DNA of 64,000 nt from Octopus vulgaris (GCA_951406725.2 OX597822.1:107074001-107138000), one strand, 5' to 3'; counted from the first letter of the stretch, positions 40,693-54,300 are shown. Numbers and translations are program-made. Notes: a model not told the origin generated them from the sequence alone.

Positions 40693-43600
40693 ATGGCTTC
40701 GCTTAACCTTGGTTGTTTAAATGTGCGTGGTCTGAGTTCGAAGTGGAAGCAGGCTTGTTTCCTCGACGACCTCAGATCACATGATATACATGTGATGGTT
40801 GCTACAGAGACCAAGCTGGACAGCCTACAAACCTTCTCGCCTCTCCTGAATGGCTACGAGAAAATCATGTCTCCTGGCCAGACCGGATGGCGAGGGGGCG
40901 TAGTGGTACTGATCCGTAAAGACTTGGCTCTACAGACAAGTACAGTCTATGTAGACCCAGAAGGTGGGCTGGTCGTCCTTGATGTGACATACAGCAGTAA
41001 GGCCTTCAGGTTGATCGGACTCTATGCACCTTGTGCTAGAGGTTTCCAAACTGATTTTTATCGGCGCCTAGAGGGCTTTCTCGTAACGTCGAAGACTTTA
41101 GTGATATTAGGGGACTTTAATGCTATCGTTGACGTACACATCGATAGCGTTGGCTCGATCTATAGGAAAGTGAACTCACGTCTCGTGGATCTGCTTAAGC
41201 GGTTTCAGCTGGCAGATCGTTACAGACTTGACCATCCGAACGTCCCAGAGTGGACCTGGATGAGTGGCGACGGAAGGTTCAAGTCTTATCTAGACAGGAT
41301 AGTGATAAGAACTAGAGATAAGTCTAGTTTTAGTTGTCCACAGCTCGTCCAGGTGCCCTATACTGACCATAGAATGGTCACGTGTAGACTGGACATAGAT
41401 AGCACACTTAAGATAGGAACCGGCTACTGGAAGCTGAACAAGTCTATTTTGACACGCGAGGCATACCGTAGCCGGATTAAGGTGTTAGTGCAGAGGGCGT
41501 TAACCGGAGCCGTGGTTAATAACCGGTGGTGGTTCACCCTCAAAAGAGCCATTCGATTCGAGTCCATTAGATTTAGTAAACAACTAAGACTAGATAGGGC
41601 TAGAATAGAAGGGCAACTAGTTAAGAACTTAGAGGAGACGTTGAGGTTGGGCTCTGCATCTCACATTTTAGCGGCGAGAACGGCATTAGACCGTCACCTC
41701 AAAACCAAACATGAGGGATGTAGAGTCCGGGCTAAAGTACGAGCATTGGGCCGTGAGGGAATTAATGTTGCCGGATGGGCCCGTACGATAGAAACACAGC
41801 GTGGAAACGATGCCACAATTGGGTCTCTTGTTGATGAAAACGTATGCACGATCAAGAAGCGGGACGAGATGTGAGGCACTTCACAAGCACTTCGCCGAGT
41901 TGTTCGGGAGGTGCGGGACGCTGGATCATGGTGAGGCCCTTAGGGACTTCCTGTCTGGTGGCCCGCGCCTCTCGACACGAGAGGCTGAGTGCTGTGAGGG
42001 GCCAATCACAGCCGAGGAAGTAATCGAGGTGTTGGGCAAGTGCCAGACTTGTTCGGGCACCTGCTGGCTAGCGTCTACGCCAACTGGCGGCAGAATGGGA
42101 GAATTCCCAAGTCTGCGAACCGGGGGGCGGTGACGTTGATCAGGAAGGACCCGAACAAGGGGGACGAGATAGGGAACTTCAGGCCCATAACTCTGTTAAA
42201 CACAGAGTTAAAGATTCTGGCCAAGGTGCTAGCAAAAAGGTTGGCGCGGGTCGTGGACAAACTTGTCGGGGAAGCGCAAACGTGCGCTATCCCCGGCAGA
42301 ACGATCCACGACAATCTCCACCTTATACGCTACTCCTTAGAGAGGGTGGGGAAGCTTTCTGGCGCAGGGGGAGCACTGGTACATTTAGACCAGTCCAAAG
42401 CATTTGATAGGGTCGACCATCGGTACCTGGCGGCGGTCCTCGGAGAGGCTGGCCTAGGCCCGACCTTTCGAGGTTGGATCGCTGCTTTGTATAGCGACAT
42501 CGAGTCTGTAGTCAAGGTGAACGGTTCCTTTTCGAAGCCGTTCAGGATCGAGCGTTCAGTTCGTCAAGGGTGTCCCCTGTCCTCGCTCCTATACGTATTG
42601 GCTCTTGAGCCTTTGCTGCGGAAGTTGGAGGCACTAGGGGGCGCGCCGCATGATCTATGGTGTGGAAGAGGAGCTACGGCGTATGCGGATGACACCTCCA
42701 TCATCGTGGCAGACGAAGGCTAGCTTCCAGTGGTGGAAGAGGCCATCAAAAGCTACGAGGCGGTGGCAGGAGCAAAGGTTGACAAGGACAAGTCGGTCGG
42801 TTTGCAACTCGGCACCTGGAGAGGCAAGCCGATGCCGTCCAATAACGTCGTAGGGCGTTGGACGGAAGGTCCTGTTAAGCTGCTCGGAGCCTGGTTCGGG
42901 TCAGACCTCCAGATTGAGAAAAATTGGAGTGAGGTGGCCAACAAGGTGACCGCTCTAACCCAGACCTGGTCTGGGCGGGCGTTATCCCTGCTAGGGAAGG
43001 CGGAGGTGGTGCAGATGTTTATAGCATCAGTAATCACCTACCGTCTGACCGTGGTGCCTTGCCTCGGTTTGTGGCTGAACAAGTTGGAGAGAATCCTTTT
43101 CCGATTTTTGTGGAAAGGAGGAAAGCCACTTGTAAAGCGCTCTGTCTGCTGCCAGAAACCGCTAAAGGGTGGGCTAGGGATGCCTTGGCTGAGGATGCGA
43201 AAACTCGCGTTAAGGTTGAGGCACCTCTGGCTTTACCTGGATGGAGAGCAGGTGTGGTCGCCGCACGTCCGGTTCTACCTTCCCCAGTTAACATCCCTAA
43301 CGGACATCGGTGCATGGATCAAGCGGAGACCTAAACTGAGTGAATGGCATTTGGAGTGCCGTCAGGCGCTCCAGCTACTATCTCGGGTGGGCAACGCCGG
43401 CAACAGGAGTTCCACCACGGAATTCTATAGCGGGTTAGTGGAGATTAAGTCCGAAGACGCCTTGGGGGAGACCCTGGGCTACGATGAAAATCAGTTGGTC
43501 AACCTGTTCCGGAGGACGTTCGGGCCGGGGTATCTGGATAATTACCAGAAATCCCTGGCCTGGCAGTGTTTCCGTGCGGCTTTACCTGTTCGCGACAAGC

Positions 43601-44034
43601 TGTCAAGGCACGGTAGTGCCGTCTCGCCGACATGCCCGCGATGTGAGCAGGATAGGGAGACCGTCTTGCACGCATTCGTGGAGTGTCCGGAGTTATCGGG
43701 ACTCATAGCTTTTGTTGAACAACTGTTGTCAGTGATGGGAAGAGTACAGCTATCAGCTGAGTCTATCATCGAGATTGTGCCGCCCCCTTTCCTTATCAGG
43801 GAAAGAAAGGCTTGTTTTTTCTGTGTAGTAGCCATACTGAAAGAAACAGTATGGAAGACGCGTACGAAAGGTATAGTGACAGGCACCTTTGTCTCCGACC
43901 AGGGGTTGATTAACTATTTTAGTTACCACCTCAGTAGCAAAATCAGGCTGGAGAAGAGGTGTCTGTCACGAGATATGTTTGTCAAAAGATTGAAGCCTGT
44001 GGCATACAAGATGGGTATGTTTGGCACCAGGTAA
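40693..44034 (+). pseudogene. Tx1 ORF2 (APE, RT and C-terminal zinc knuckle), disrupted
   Basis: LNVRGL, GDFN, YTDH, GYWKLN; FRPITLLN, DQSKAFDRV, RQGCPLS, YADD; CPRC..ETVLHAFVEC; breaks at ~41870, ~42040 and a stop at 42721. Confidence 0.95.
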
Positions 44035-44262
44035 GTGTGACCGGATCAGAAAGTAAAGGTTCTACCCGGATGGCAGGGTGTCCGTCTTTCGACATGATCA
44101 TTAATATTTTTAAACATTGCCTTCGTAAAATTCATTGTTTATAATCTTATCCGTAATTTCATTCGAAAATTGTAACTGTGTTAAGCTACTTCACCCTTTA
44201 TATTTGTCTGTCCGTGTTTGTCCCGTCTTTGTAAATGCCTAAATGGCAAATTATATGAAATA

Positions 44263-44645
44263 AAGTAGCTTGCTAACCAACCACATGGTTCCGGGTTCAG
44301 TCCCACTGCGTGGCATCTTGGGCAAGTGTCTTCTGCTATAGCCCCGGGCCGACCAATGCCTTGTGAGTGGATTTGGTAGACGGAAACTGAAAGAAGCCTG
44401 TCGTATATATGTATATATAGGTGTGTGTGTGTATGTTTGTGTGTCTGTGTTTGTCCCCCTAGCATTGCTTGACAACCGATGCTGGTGTGTTTAGTCCCTG
44501 TCACTTAGCGGTTCGGCAAAAGAGACCGATAGAATAAGTACTGGGCTTACAAAGAATAAGTCCTGGGGTCGATTTGCTCGACTAAAGGTGGTGCTCCAGC
44601 ATGGCCGCAGTCAAATGACTGAAACAAGTAAAAGAGTAAAAGAGA
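44263..44645 (+). mobile_element. Remainder of the SINE-A interrupted by Tx1 (its head is at 38849-38881)
   Basis: Joining the two parts reconstitutes a full SINE-A. Confidence 0.93.
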
Positions 44646-44742
44646 GAGTATATATGCATGTATATATATATGCATGTATATATATATATATATATAATAT
44701 AGATAATATATCCATACATACATACACATATATCTATTTATT

Positions 44743-44830
<88 letters not shown>

Positions 44831-45327
44831 TGTGCGTATGTATATTGCGTATACGCGCCTCGCATACGCATACATATATTCACATTAGGTAATTTGAAGC
44901 ATTGCACATGTGATAATAAGAATGAGATGGAAAGCAAAAAAGAAGAACAAGATGGTTGCACGCATCAATGCAGGTGTTAAGCAGTAACAGAAACCTTTGT
45001 ACAACTGAATGTTGTCTCGTTGATATGACGTCATTGTCATCGTCTTTTAAGAAATATAAATGGTGTTATAGGAAATTCACTTGTATTGACATGATTACGA
45101 ATTCCAGAATCTGCAAAACTGCAAGTCTGTAAATACTTTCGCAACATCAGAATGCTGAGCAGAAGACATGCCAAGGATAATGTTAATACACATTCGGTCA
45201 TTATTATTTTTTAAACTTCAACGTTATTTGCTATAAGATCGTAAGAAATATATTCCTTGGTGCGAATCATAAAATATATTTTCATGGTGAGTTTATACAG
45301 ACATTTACACACACACACACATTCGTG

Positions 45328-45385
<58 letters not shown>

Positions 45386-45408
45386 GTCTGTCTGTCTGTC
45401 TATCTATG

Positions 45409-45483
<75 letters not shown>

Positions 45484-45691
45484 GTATCTATCTATGTATC
45501 TATCTATCTATGCGCTTATGCTTGCTCACACACACATGCACACAAACATATGCACACGTATATATATATATATATATAAATATATATATGTATGTATGTA
45601 TACATGCAGACTCCTAAACATACATATAAGATAGTACATATATGGGAGGAAATTCTAACTTAAGGCAGTGATAGGATATCTACTTCGCAGG

Positions 45692-45747
<56 letters not shown>

Positions 45748-46197
45748 GATCGATCGATCGATCCATCGATCCATCGATCCATCCATCTATCCATCTATCT
45801 ATCTATCTATCTATATGTCTGTCTGTCTATCTGGACAGTTAGGTGATACAAAAATGGGACAACAAAACATCCGGATGGACGATACAAAGAAAAGAAAGAT
45901 GGTTCATTTGAAGTTTTCTTTCCTCAGTCAAGTACCAGATTATCTTCGCAATTTCGGTAAGTATATATATATACACATACATATATATAATGTACAACAG
46001 GGCCGTGTTGCTTAGGTAGGTAAAGTAGGCAGTCCCTACCTTCAATAAAATAGATCGATAGCAGCATTTTCCATTTATGGTGAAATACGCAATTATTCAA
46101 TAAGGTTATGAACGTTACCCTGATTACTATGCATAAAATGCAAAATACTTTACTGCATTATATGGGGAAAAGTAAAATGATTTACCACAAATTACTA

Positions 46198-46359
46198 ATA
46201 CAAGATAAGAAAATGGAGAAATACATCTAAATCAAATATCAATTACCAGATAATACTCAATCACATACTTTATGTGGTGGTTTAATAAAGTATGTGATTG
46301 AGTATAGTATTATCTGGTAATTGATATTTGATTTAGATGTATTTCTCCATTTTTTATCT

Positions 46360-46364
<5 letters not shown>
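46198..46364. repeat. ~75-bp-arm hairpin next to (TA)n
   Basis: 46198-46273 is the reverse complement of 46285-46364, with small indels. Confidence 0.9.
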
Positions 46365-46401
<37 letters not shown>

Positions 46402-46454
46402 TACACATGCATACACACATATTGCACAAAACTGAAAAGCGCGCACAGACACAC

Positions 46455-46925
46455 ACAGGGTGCGATGGGTAAATTTTCACCATTTTATGTTTTCAATTTC
46501 GCGCATGCGCATTGCTTGCTTTTGATTTTGTCGACTACACAGTTATAGTAGGGTAAGTTGAGCAGCGTCTGTGAGAAAAACAGCACCATGCCGTGAAATT
46601 TGGAAGTACCATGTTGTACTGCTTGGTATTTGCGCCGGCGGAAGTTCCATTACGAAAAGATGATGGACACACAGAACAACCGTTGTTTTTTCCCCTGTTC
46701 CCAAAAGATGCACCGAGTGTGATAAAAGTCAAACTTCCAGTCAACATTAAGGTGTTTGGAGTGATCGCTTGTGAATGACGATGTCATGCCTCTCTTCATC
46801 TTCCCACACGGCCTCACACTCAACATGGAAGCTTACATCAAGTGCCTGGACGAGGTTGTGCGGCCCTGAGTCAAGAGGGTGGCTGCTGGAAGATCCTATA
46901 TCTGGCAACGGGACTCTGTACCATA
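46455..46925 (+). mobile_element. maT-like Tc1/mariner 5' part, internally deleted
   Basis: TIR-like cagggtgcgatgggtaaat; KLPVNIKVFGVI..DVMPLFIFPHGL..IWQRDSVP; same family as 10938-11520. Confidence 0.75.
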
Positions 46926-47859
46926 TAACTTGTACAATACCATAAATCATAAGAGAGTCAAAACTATTGAAAAGGTTGCAAGACGCAATGAAAATTTTAA
47001 GACAATAAAAATAAGAAATAAGTGGAAATTTTACCGGTGAGTGTGTTAAATAATAAGGCACAAAAAGAAAATGACTCTCCCCAGACACAACAGAACATAA
47101 AATCACTAATATAAATATACAAGACGAAACATATACAATTTTCTATTAGTTAAATGCGAAGGGAAAATGTCCAAAGACACTATTCCAAACAATGCTAGTT
47201 TTCATTTTAAGGTGAAACTAATTTCGTTCACTTACGATGTTCTGTCGCTAATCACATATTCTCATCTCTAGCTAACATATAAACTTGCATCCGTCAACTT
47301 AAATAATGACCGAGAGACTAGAGTATCGTACTACAAGGAGCAAAAATGTTAGGTGTTACGTAAATATATCAATGACATTACCTTGTCTTTGCTCATAAAC
47401 TAATCAGTTAACCAAACTGTAAATATGCAAATCAGATTTTTAAAAAAACTTTGCTATTTTAAGTAGCAGTACCAGTGGTTGTGTGTTCGATTCTCCCTCA
47501 CTGCTGACTTGAAATTAGTTATCCAAGTCAACATATACTACCGGATGACGGTTCCAATGGATCGAGTAATTCGCCAGGTACCTAAATCGGCAATCAGTTT
47601 CCTTTTATCAAAGTTATAGTTAAAGAACTTTTCGTATTATTGAACTTAATGCCGGTTGGAATTATTTCATATGTGAATTATTACTAGCCTAAAGCGTAAG
47701 TTTAAAAGTCTAAAATCACGAAATATTGCGTGTTTACAATAATTAGAAATGAACATTTATCAAATTTCTGGGTACTTATGCTTTCATGAAAAAAGGCATT
47801 TAGTACCTTGAAATAAGATTAAATAACATTTGTATAACACTTACGCTTAGTATTTTGTC

Positions 47860-48175
47860 GCCTCCTCCTCCTCCTCCTCCTCCTCCACCACCACCACCAC
47901 CACCACCACCACTTCCTTTCCTTCTCCCGACCTTTCTTCCTCCTGCACCCCTCCTTTCCTCCTCCTGCTCCACCTGCTCCCCCTCCTGCGCCTTTTCCAC
48001 CCCCTCCACCTCCTCCTGCTCATCTTCGTCTTCCTCCTCCCACTCCTCCTGCTCCTCCCCTCCTCCAATTCCTGCTCCTCCACTTCCCCCCTTCCTCCTC
48101 CTCCTCACCCACCTCCCTTCCTTCTCCTCCACCTCATTTCCTCCTTCTGCTCCTGCACCTACTCCCCCACCCCGG
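47860..48175. repeat. (CCT)/(CCA)-rich polypyrimidine low-complexity tract
   Basis: Direct reading. Confidence 0.9.
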
Positions 48176-48596
48176 ATCTGGATGATTCCTTTCCCCTTAC
48201 TCTGTGCGTGCCTGTAGCATCGTTTTTTACTCATTGCCTGCTACGAAGCTTAGTATGTGCACTCATCCGGTATCTCTTGAGTTATCTCTCTCTGTATCTC
48301 TGATTATACTGTGCCCCACCCTCATCTTCATATGATGTAACGTATGGCATAGAAAATCAGTCAACCAGCCAGACGGCTAATGGAGTAACATTTATATCGC
48401 CTATAATTGAATAGAGATAATTAGTTGATAATTGTTAAGTTATACAAGAACAAAAAGAAATCATTACAAGCCACTGTGAGCAGTAAAAGTTATTTATTTA
48501 TAGAAGTAATTTATGAAGTTACTCGTCGCTGTTGTTTGGCTGTTAGATCTACTCCGGCCATAATGAACAAATCTTTTGATAAAATAGATTCCAGTG

Positions 48597-48985
48597 GTGT
48601 AGGAGTGGCTGTGTGGTAAGTAGCTTCCTTACGAACCACATGGTTCCGGGTTCAAGTCTCACTGCGTGGCACGTTGGGCAAGTTTCTTCTACTATAGCCT
48701 CGGGCCGACCAAAGCCTTGTGAGTGAATTTGGTAGACGGAAACTGAAAGAAGCCCGTTGTATATATGTATATATATATGTATGTGTGTATATGTTTGTAT
48801 ATCTGTGTTTGTCCCCCCAACATTGCTTGATAACCGATGGTGGTGTGCTTACGACCCCGTAACTTAGCGGTTCGGTCGAAGAGACCGATAGAATAAGTAC
48901 TAGGCTTACAAAGAATAAGACCTGGGGTCGATTTGCTCGACTAAACGCGGTGCTCCAGCATGACCACATTCAAATGTCTGAATAA
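48597..48985 (+). mobile_element. SINE-A full-length copy
   Basis: Matches 8577-8990. Confidence 0.92.
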
Positions 48986-49195
48986 ATTCATACTTTATCC
49001 CACTCAAAACATATCTTGAGGGCCACATTTTCTAATGTATCATTTTTTAAGACAGTAGTATGTAATGTGCAGAAGATTTGGCTGCTGTTTCTAACTAGTC
49101 ATGTTACGATAAAGACGCTCTGTCTTCAACTATCTCTATCTCGTTGGTTCTCGGTGACATCTAAAGGCAAACAAGAGTTATCAGTGCTATATATA

Positions 49196-49778
49196 TTTCT
49201 TTACTACCTACAAGGGGCTAAACAAGGAAAGACAAAGGTATTAAGTCGATTACATCGACCCCAATGCGTAACTGGTACTTAATTTATCAACCCCGAAAGG
49301 ATGAAAGGCAAAGTCGACCTCGGCGGAATTTGAACTCAGAACGTAACGACAGATGAAATAGCTGTTTCTTTACTACCCACAAGGGGCTAAACACTGAGAG
49401 GACAAACAAGGACAGACAAACGGATTAAGTCGATTATATCAACCCAAGTGCGTAACTGGTACTTATCTAATCGACCCCGAAAGGATGAAAGGCAAAGTCG
49501 ACCTTGGCGAAATTTGAACTCAGAACGTGGCTGCAGACGAAATACCTATTTCTTTATTACCCACAAGGGGCTAAACACAGAGGGGACAAACAAGGACAGA
49601 CATAGGTATTAAGTCGATTATATCGAACCCCAGTGCGTAACTGGTACTTAATTTAATCGACCCCGAAAGGATGACAGGCAAAGTCGACCTTGGCGGAATT
49701 TGAACTCACAATGTAACGCAGACGAAATACCGTAAAGCATTTCGCCCGGCGCGCTAACGTTTCTGCCAGCTCGCCGCC
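49196..49778 (-). mobile_element. SINE-B 3-unit array with TSD
   Basis: Junctions at 49361/62 and 49545/46; TSD tatcagtgctRtata at 49179-49193 and 49781-49795. Confidence 0.93.
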
Positions 49779-51331
49779 TATATCAGTGCTGTATACTCTG
49801 TGCATTCTTCAGTGAAACATTCATCTTTTACCAAGAAAAAATTTTAATAGGAAGTAAAGTATGGTGAAGGAAATTTATTTTTGTAGAAAATGCGACTTCA
49901 CTAATAAAGTAATTGACTTCGTTGTATTTTCGTTTTTAATTGCGAGAGTTGAGTTTCTAATTCCAACAGAAGGGAACGCTGACATCGTTTTAATAGGCCA
50001 ATACGAATATGTCAGTTGCTTTTTTAAGTATGGTACGGTGGTACGATTTACTTCTCTTTCTAATATCTCTAATGGTTTGTGATTATTTTAATGATTCCTG
50101 CCATCCAAGCTGTTCAGATACCATTCATTTTTCTTTCGGTCTGCATCTGGCAATATAACCCGTAGAAATTTATCGATTTGCTATCGATTATTTTTTCTAG
50201 ATTATTTTGTTATTCAATTTTCTGAAACCGCAAATCCTAGAGGGAACTGCAGGCTGTTTTCTAGTTTCGTTTCTATTTCTTTCTTTCTGTTTTTATTGTT
50301 GTTGTTTTTCTTTTTTTGCTTGAAGTTCGTCTTCGTATTACACTAATCAAAACTATGTTTACAGATAGTGTTATTTTGAATGTGTTGTATCAGTTTACAA
50401 ATATCAGGGCTTTGTCTGTATGCTACGAGTATTTACAGAATATCAATGTTTTCATATCTATTTTATCTATATTCCATATAATTGTTATTTTAACCGCGAT
50501 TTATCCGTTTAAGAAACCGGTACATACGAACCGTTTTCACTCAGTATGGTTTGCAGTTTGTATCTTTTGTCTTTGACAAGCTGTATGTAGATAGCTTCTT
50601 TATAACAGACTGCATATTCATCGAGATTCTGCATTGATATCGTATCAATATTTACACACCAGTTACTTCTTTTGATTAGGAACACGGATCTGTTTTCTAA
50701 ATAATTTGTAGTTGATTGTATCGAGCTCAGTATATTAGCATTACGAGCCAACGTAGGATTCTTTATGTGATCGATCAGCGTCAAGAAAACGCAGTTGAAA
50801 CTCCCTCAAATCACACACACCAGATTTAAAAAATTGAAAACACTGGAATTATGATCCTAGATGCTCTACAGAACTGCACTGGATAGTCATGGCTGAAATG
50901 TCTTTTGATTAAAAGTCTGTTTGGTCAGAACCCACCTGGGGAGGGGCTAAGCAACAACTGTTTTTAGTTTTATTGGTGAGAGAAAGATATTAAGCATGAT
51001 ATATTAAACAGCGAATTCGATACCACACGAGAGTTAATTCAATAATCTACGGTGGAGTGAAATACGAACGAAAACAAATTTCGTTCTATGCTATCGATGT
51101 GCAAAATAGAAAAAAATGTTAGACTCTTCTGACAGACGGTTCTATGGCTTGTTGACTTTTCCTCAAAGTAGACGTAAATGGCTTCTTACATAATTAATAG
51201 CTAAGGCTACTTAATTATAAAGCAGTCATAAATGAAACTAAACTGTGGTGGATAGCCTAATTTGTAATATATAAATATATATATATAAATATATGTAATG
51301 CCCCGTGTGTGTATCTGTATGTTTGTACAAA

Positions 51332-51369
<38 letters not shown>

Positions 51370-51399
51370 AATGGGAGAGTAGTCACATGACTTCTCAAA

Positions 51400-51690
51400 A
51401 GACAGAAGCCAGGCTGTGGCAGCCAATGTAGCCCTGTCAAAGGAAGCAATAACCCCGAGTGGAGTTCCTCAGGGTCATGTCTTGGGGCCACTGCTGTTTG
51501 TGGTAGCCCTTTCGGACATGCCATCAGTTACAAAGACAGCTACACTTACTAACTACGTCGACGGTATAACGGCAGTGTAAGCAGTGAAGAACCTATCGAT
51601 GCTACCTTTTTACGAAAAGAACTAGACGTCTTTAATAAATAGTTTGAAGAAAATAACACACAGTTTTATGCAGGTTAATTCCAAGACTTA
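51400..51690 (+). pseudogene. Old CR1-group RT fragment
   Basis: SGVPQGHVLGPLLFVVALSDMP...NYVD, homologous to SGVPQGTVLGPLLF...FADD. Confidence 0.8.
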
Positions 51691-51741
51691 AAAGATTATT
51701 TACGTATATTTATTAATTAATTATTTTATTATTGTAGTTAT

Positions 51742-51853
51742 TTAAAACCCGATGAGTGGCTATATTTATATCGAAGTGATTTTACTACTACTACTACTAA
51801 TATTTTTACTATAATCATTTCTTAAATATAGCCACGAAACACGTGTTGTTATC
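51742..51853 (+). ncRNA. Hammerhead motif with extended stem II
   Basis: aaaac-CCGATGA-gtggctatattta...taaatatagccac-GAAA-cacgtgtt-gtt; 13-bp perfect stem II and palindromic stem III. Confidence 0.62.
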
Positions 51854-52096
51854 CTACCAAATATATACGTTTTATTTATTATTTTGCACATTATTTAATC
51901 ATCGGTTTAGTATTTTTATCTTATATTTAATATTTCTAGTATATGTAATTTTCTAGATGGTGTAATTTAATTTTTCATTATTGAATTGATAAAGGTGGTG
52001 TTTGTCTATTTTATATGTATATATTATATTGTGTGAAATTTGATTTAATATTTCTAAATTGAATTTTTCCTTGTAAGTTAGGAATAATATTCCCTC

Positions 52097-52185
<89 letters not shown>

Positions 52186-52549
52186 GTGCATATATAATAA
52201 ATACACACATACTTCGGCTTCAGTTTCAATGCAAGTATGTTAAGAGACATACACCGGAATCTCAATTCGACTAGAGTGTATAATTTTGTAAGGTGAATTC
52301 GAGCGGAATCTATTGTAGAGATTGTCTTTTGCTTATGGGTCGTAGTCATAATTTGTGAACATCACAACTTGGCTATGATAAGTAACAAAGACCAACTTGT
52401 GTCTCTGCTTCAGAAAAGACAACATCTGAGTTCAAAGCATTCAGGATAGGTAACTAGTCGGAAAATAACATCTTAGCTTCTTCCTCCCATTCTAGAGGAT
52501 CTTAGAAATGTTTCGAACGTAGTCGTTGCTCCATTAACTCATTGATTAA

Positions 52550-53000
52550 AAGATTACAAAAATTAAAGGCCGGGATATCATCGAGTGTAACGTGTGAGCA
52601 ACACATTCCAGCTAAAGCTGGACTCGTAGGAGACACCATATTTTGCACATCCAGCGTCACCAACCTGGAAACACGAACAAGGTCATTTGGTGGTAAGTAG
52701 GAGGATGAAATAACACGGGCATGGGTTCGGCTTGGATACCCCCATGCCCCTCTTTTGCCAGAGTAGTGGTTTCCACAAAGTTTCTGGAAAATAGGACATC
52801 CGAAGGAGAAATGATTGGCAGTAGTGAATGATCACGTGAGTGATGACAGCTGGAATGAGGCTCAGGAACCGTCACTTGATGGAGACGACTGACAGGCTCA
52901 AGTAGCACCGACGTTCTCCCAAAGGACGGCCTAACCAACCGACCGACCGACCATTAAGCCAACCGACCGACCGACCGACCAACCGACCAACCGACCATGT
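52550..53000 (+). mobile_element. Probable retroposon 3' end with (ACCG/ACCA)n tail
   Basis: GC-richer block ending in a tetranucleotide tail; no protein motif recognised. Confidence 0.35.
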
Positions 53001-53029
53001 ATTTCAACGAACGGTCCAACCAGCTAACT

Positions 53030-53422
53030 GTGGAGGCACAATGGCCCAGTGGTTGGGGCAGCGGACTCGCGGTCATAGGATTGCAGTTTCTATTCCCAGA
53101 CCGGGCGTTGTGAGTGTTTATTGAGCGAAAACACCTAAAGCTCCACGAGGCTCCGGCAGGGGATGGTGGTGATCCCTGCTGTACTTTTTCACCACAACTT
53201 TCTCCCACTCTTACTTCCTGTTTCTGTTGTACCTGTATTTCAAAGGGCCGGCCTTGTCACTCTCTGTGTCACGCTGAATATCCCCGAGAACTACGTTAAG
53301 GGTGCACGTGTCTGTGGAGTGCTCAGCCACTTACACGTTAATTTCACGAGCAGGCTGTTCCGTTGATTCGGATCAACAGGAACCCTCATCGTCGTAACCG
53401 ACGGAGTGCTTCCGTTCCGTCC
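53030..53422 (+). mobile_element. SINE-C, tail type 1, with TSD
   Basis: Head tggcccagtggttggggcagcg; TSD gtccaaccaRctaact; near identical to 62832-63220. Confidence 0.92.
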
Positions 53423-53951
53423 GTCCAACCAACTAACTACAATATTAATTCATTTTCTTAAAAGATAATTTATCGAATAAACAAAACAAAAATGAATAAC
53501 AAATATAAAAAGGAATTAAAACTGAAAATCTCCCAAAAGATGGACAAAACAATAAAATAAAATATTCCAAGCCCTTTGTTTTAATTGATATAATTCTGCT
53601 ACTTTTAATTAATACAAAGCTGTTATCAGCCGGGAGTCAATATTTTAGTTTCATATACTGATAACATTCAGACGATAATCAATATGTAAAAGTAATTTTA
53701 ACAAGATAACGTAATTAACATTATTAATGAGAAAATAGTGAACAATATAACTTATTCATATGAAGTTTCATAAACAAAATCTGTTATTTTTTAAAACCTC
53801 TGCATACGATATGGTGTATCATATTTAATAAATATCTATTAACTGTGTCTGTGCTGAGTTCATAGTCAATTTGTGCCAAGCGTGCTTTAGCTTAGTTACT
53901 ATGGCAATAGTCCGGATATTTATTGATCAAACCACGTTTGTGTTTATATAA

Positions 53952-54300
53952 GGCGGCGAGTTGGCAGAAACGTTAGCACGCCGGGCGAAATGCTTAGCAG
54001 TATTTCGCCTGCCGCTACTTTCTGAGTTCAAATTCCGCCAATATAATCGACTTAATTTGTTTGTCTGTCCTTGTTTGTCCTCTCTGTGTTTAGCCCCTTG
54101 TGGGTAGTAAAGAAATTTATTTTATTGTTATTCTTTTACCTGTTTCAGTCATTTGATTGCGGCCATGCTAGAGCACTCACTTTAGTCGAGCAAATTGGCC
54201 CAGGATTTATTCTTTGTAAGCTTACTACTTATTCTAACGGTCTTTTTGCCGAACCGCTAAGTTACGGGGAGGTAAACACACCACCATCGGTTGGCAAACA
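53952..54300. mobile_element. Internally deleted SINE-B (plus) followed by a SINE-A 3' half (minus)
   Basis: Sequence match to both families. Confidence 0.8.

Larger units (their letters stand above)
38882..44262 (+). mobile_element. Full-length Tx1/L1-clade LINE inserted in a SINE-A head
   Basis: TSD aagtagcttgctaacc at 38866-38881 and 44263-44278; 5' UTR, ORF1, ORF2 and 3' UTR all present. Confidence 0.95.

Noticed and set aside
47800-48234. Gly/Glu-rich and Pro-rich ORFs
   Set aside because: Products of a CCT/CCA low-complexity tract.
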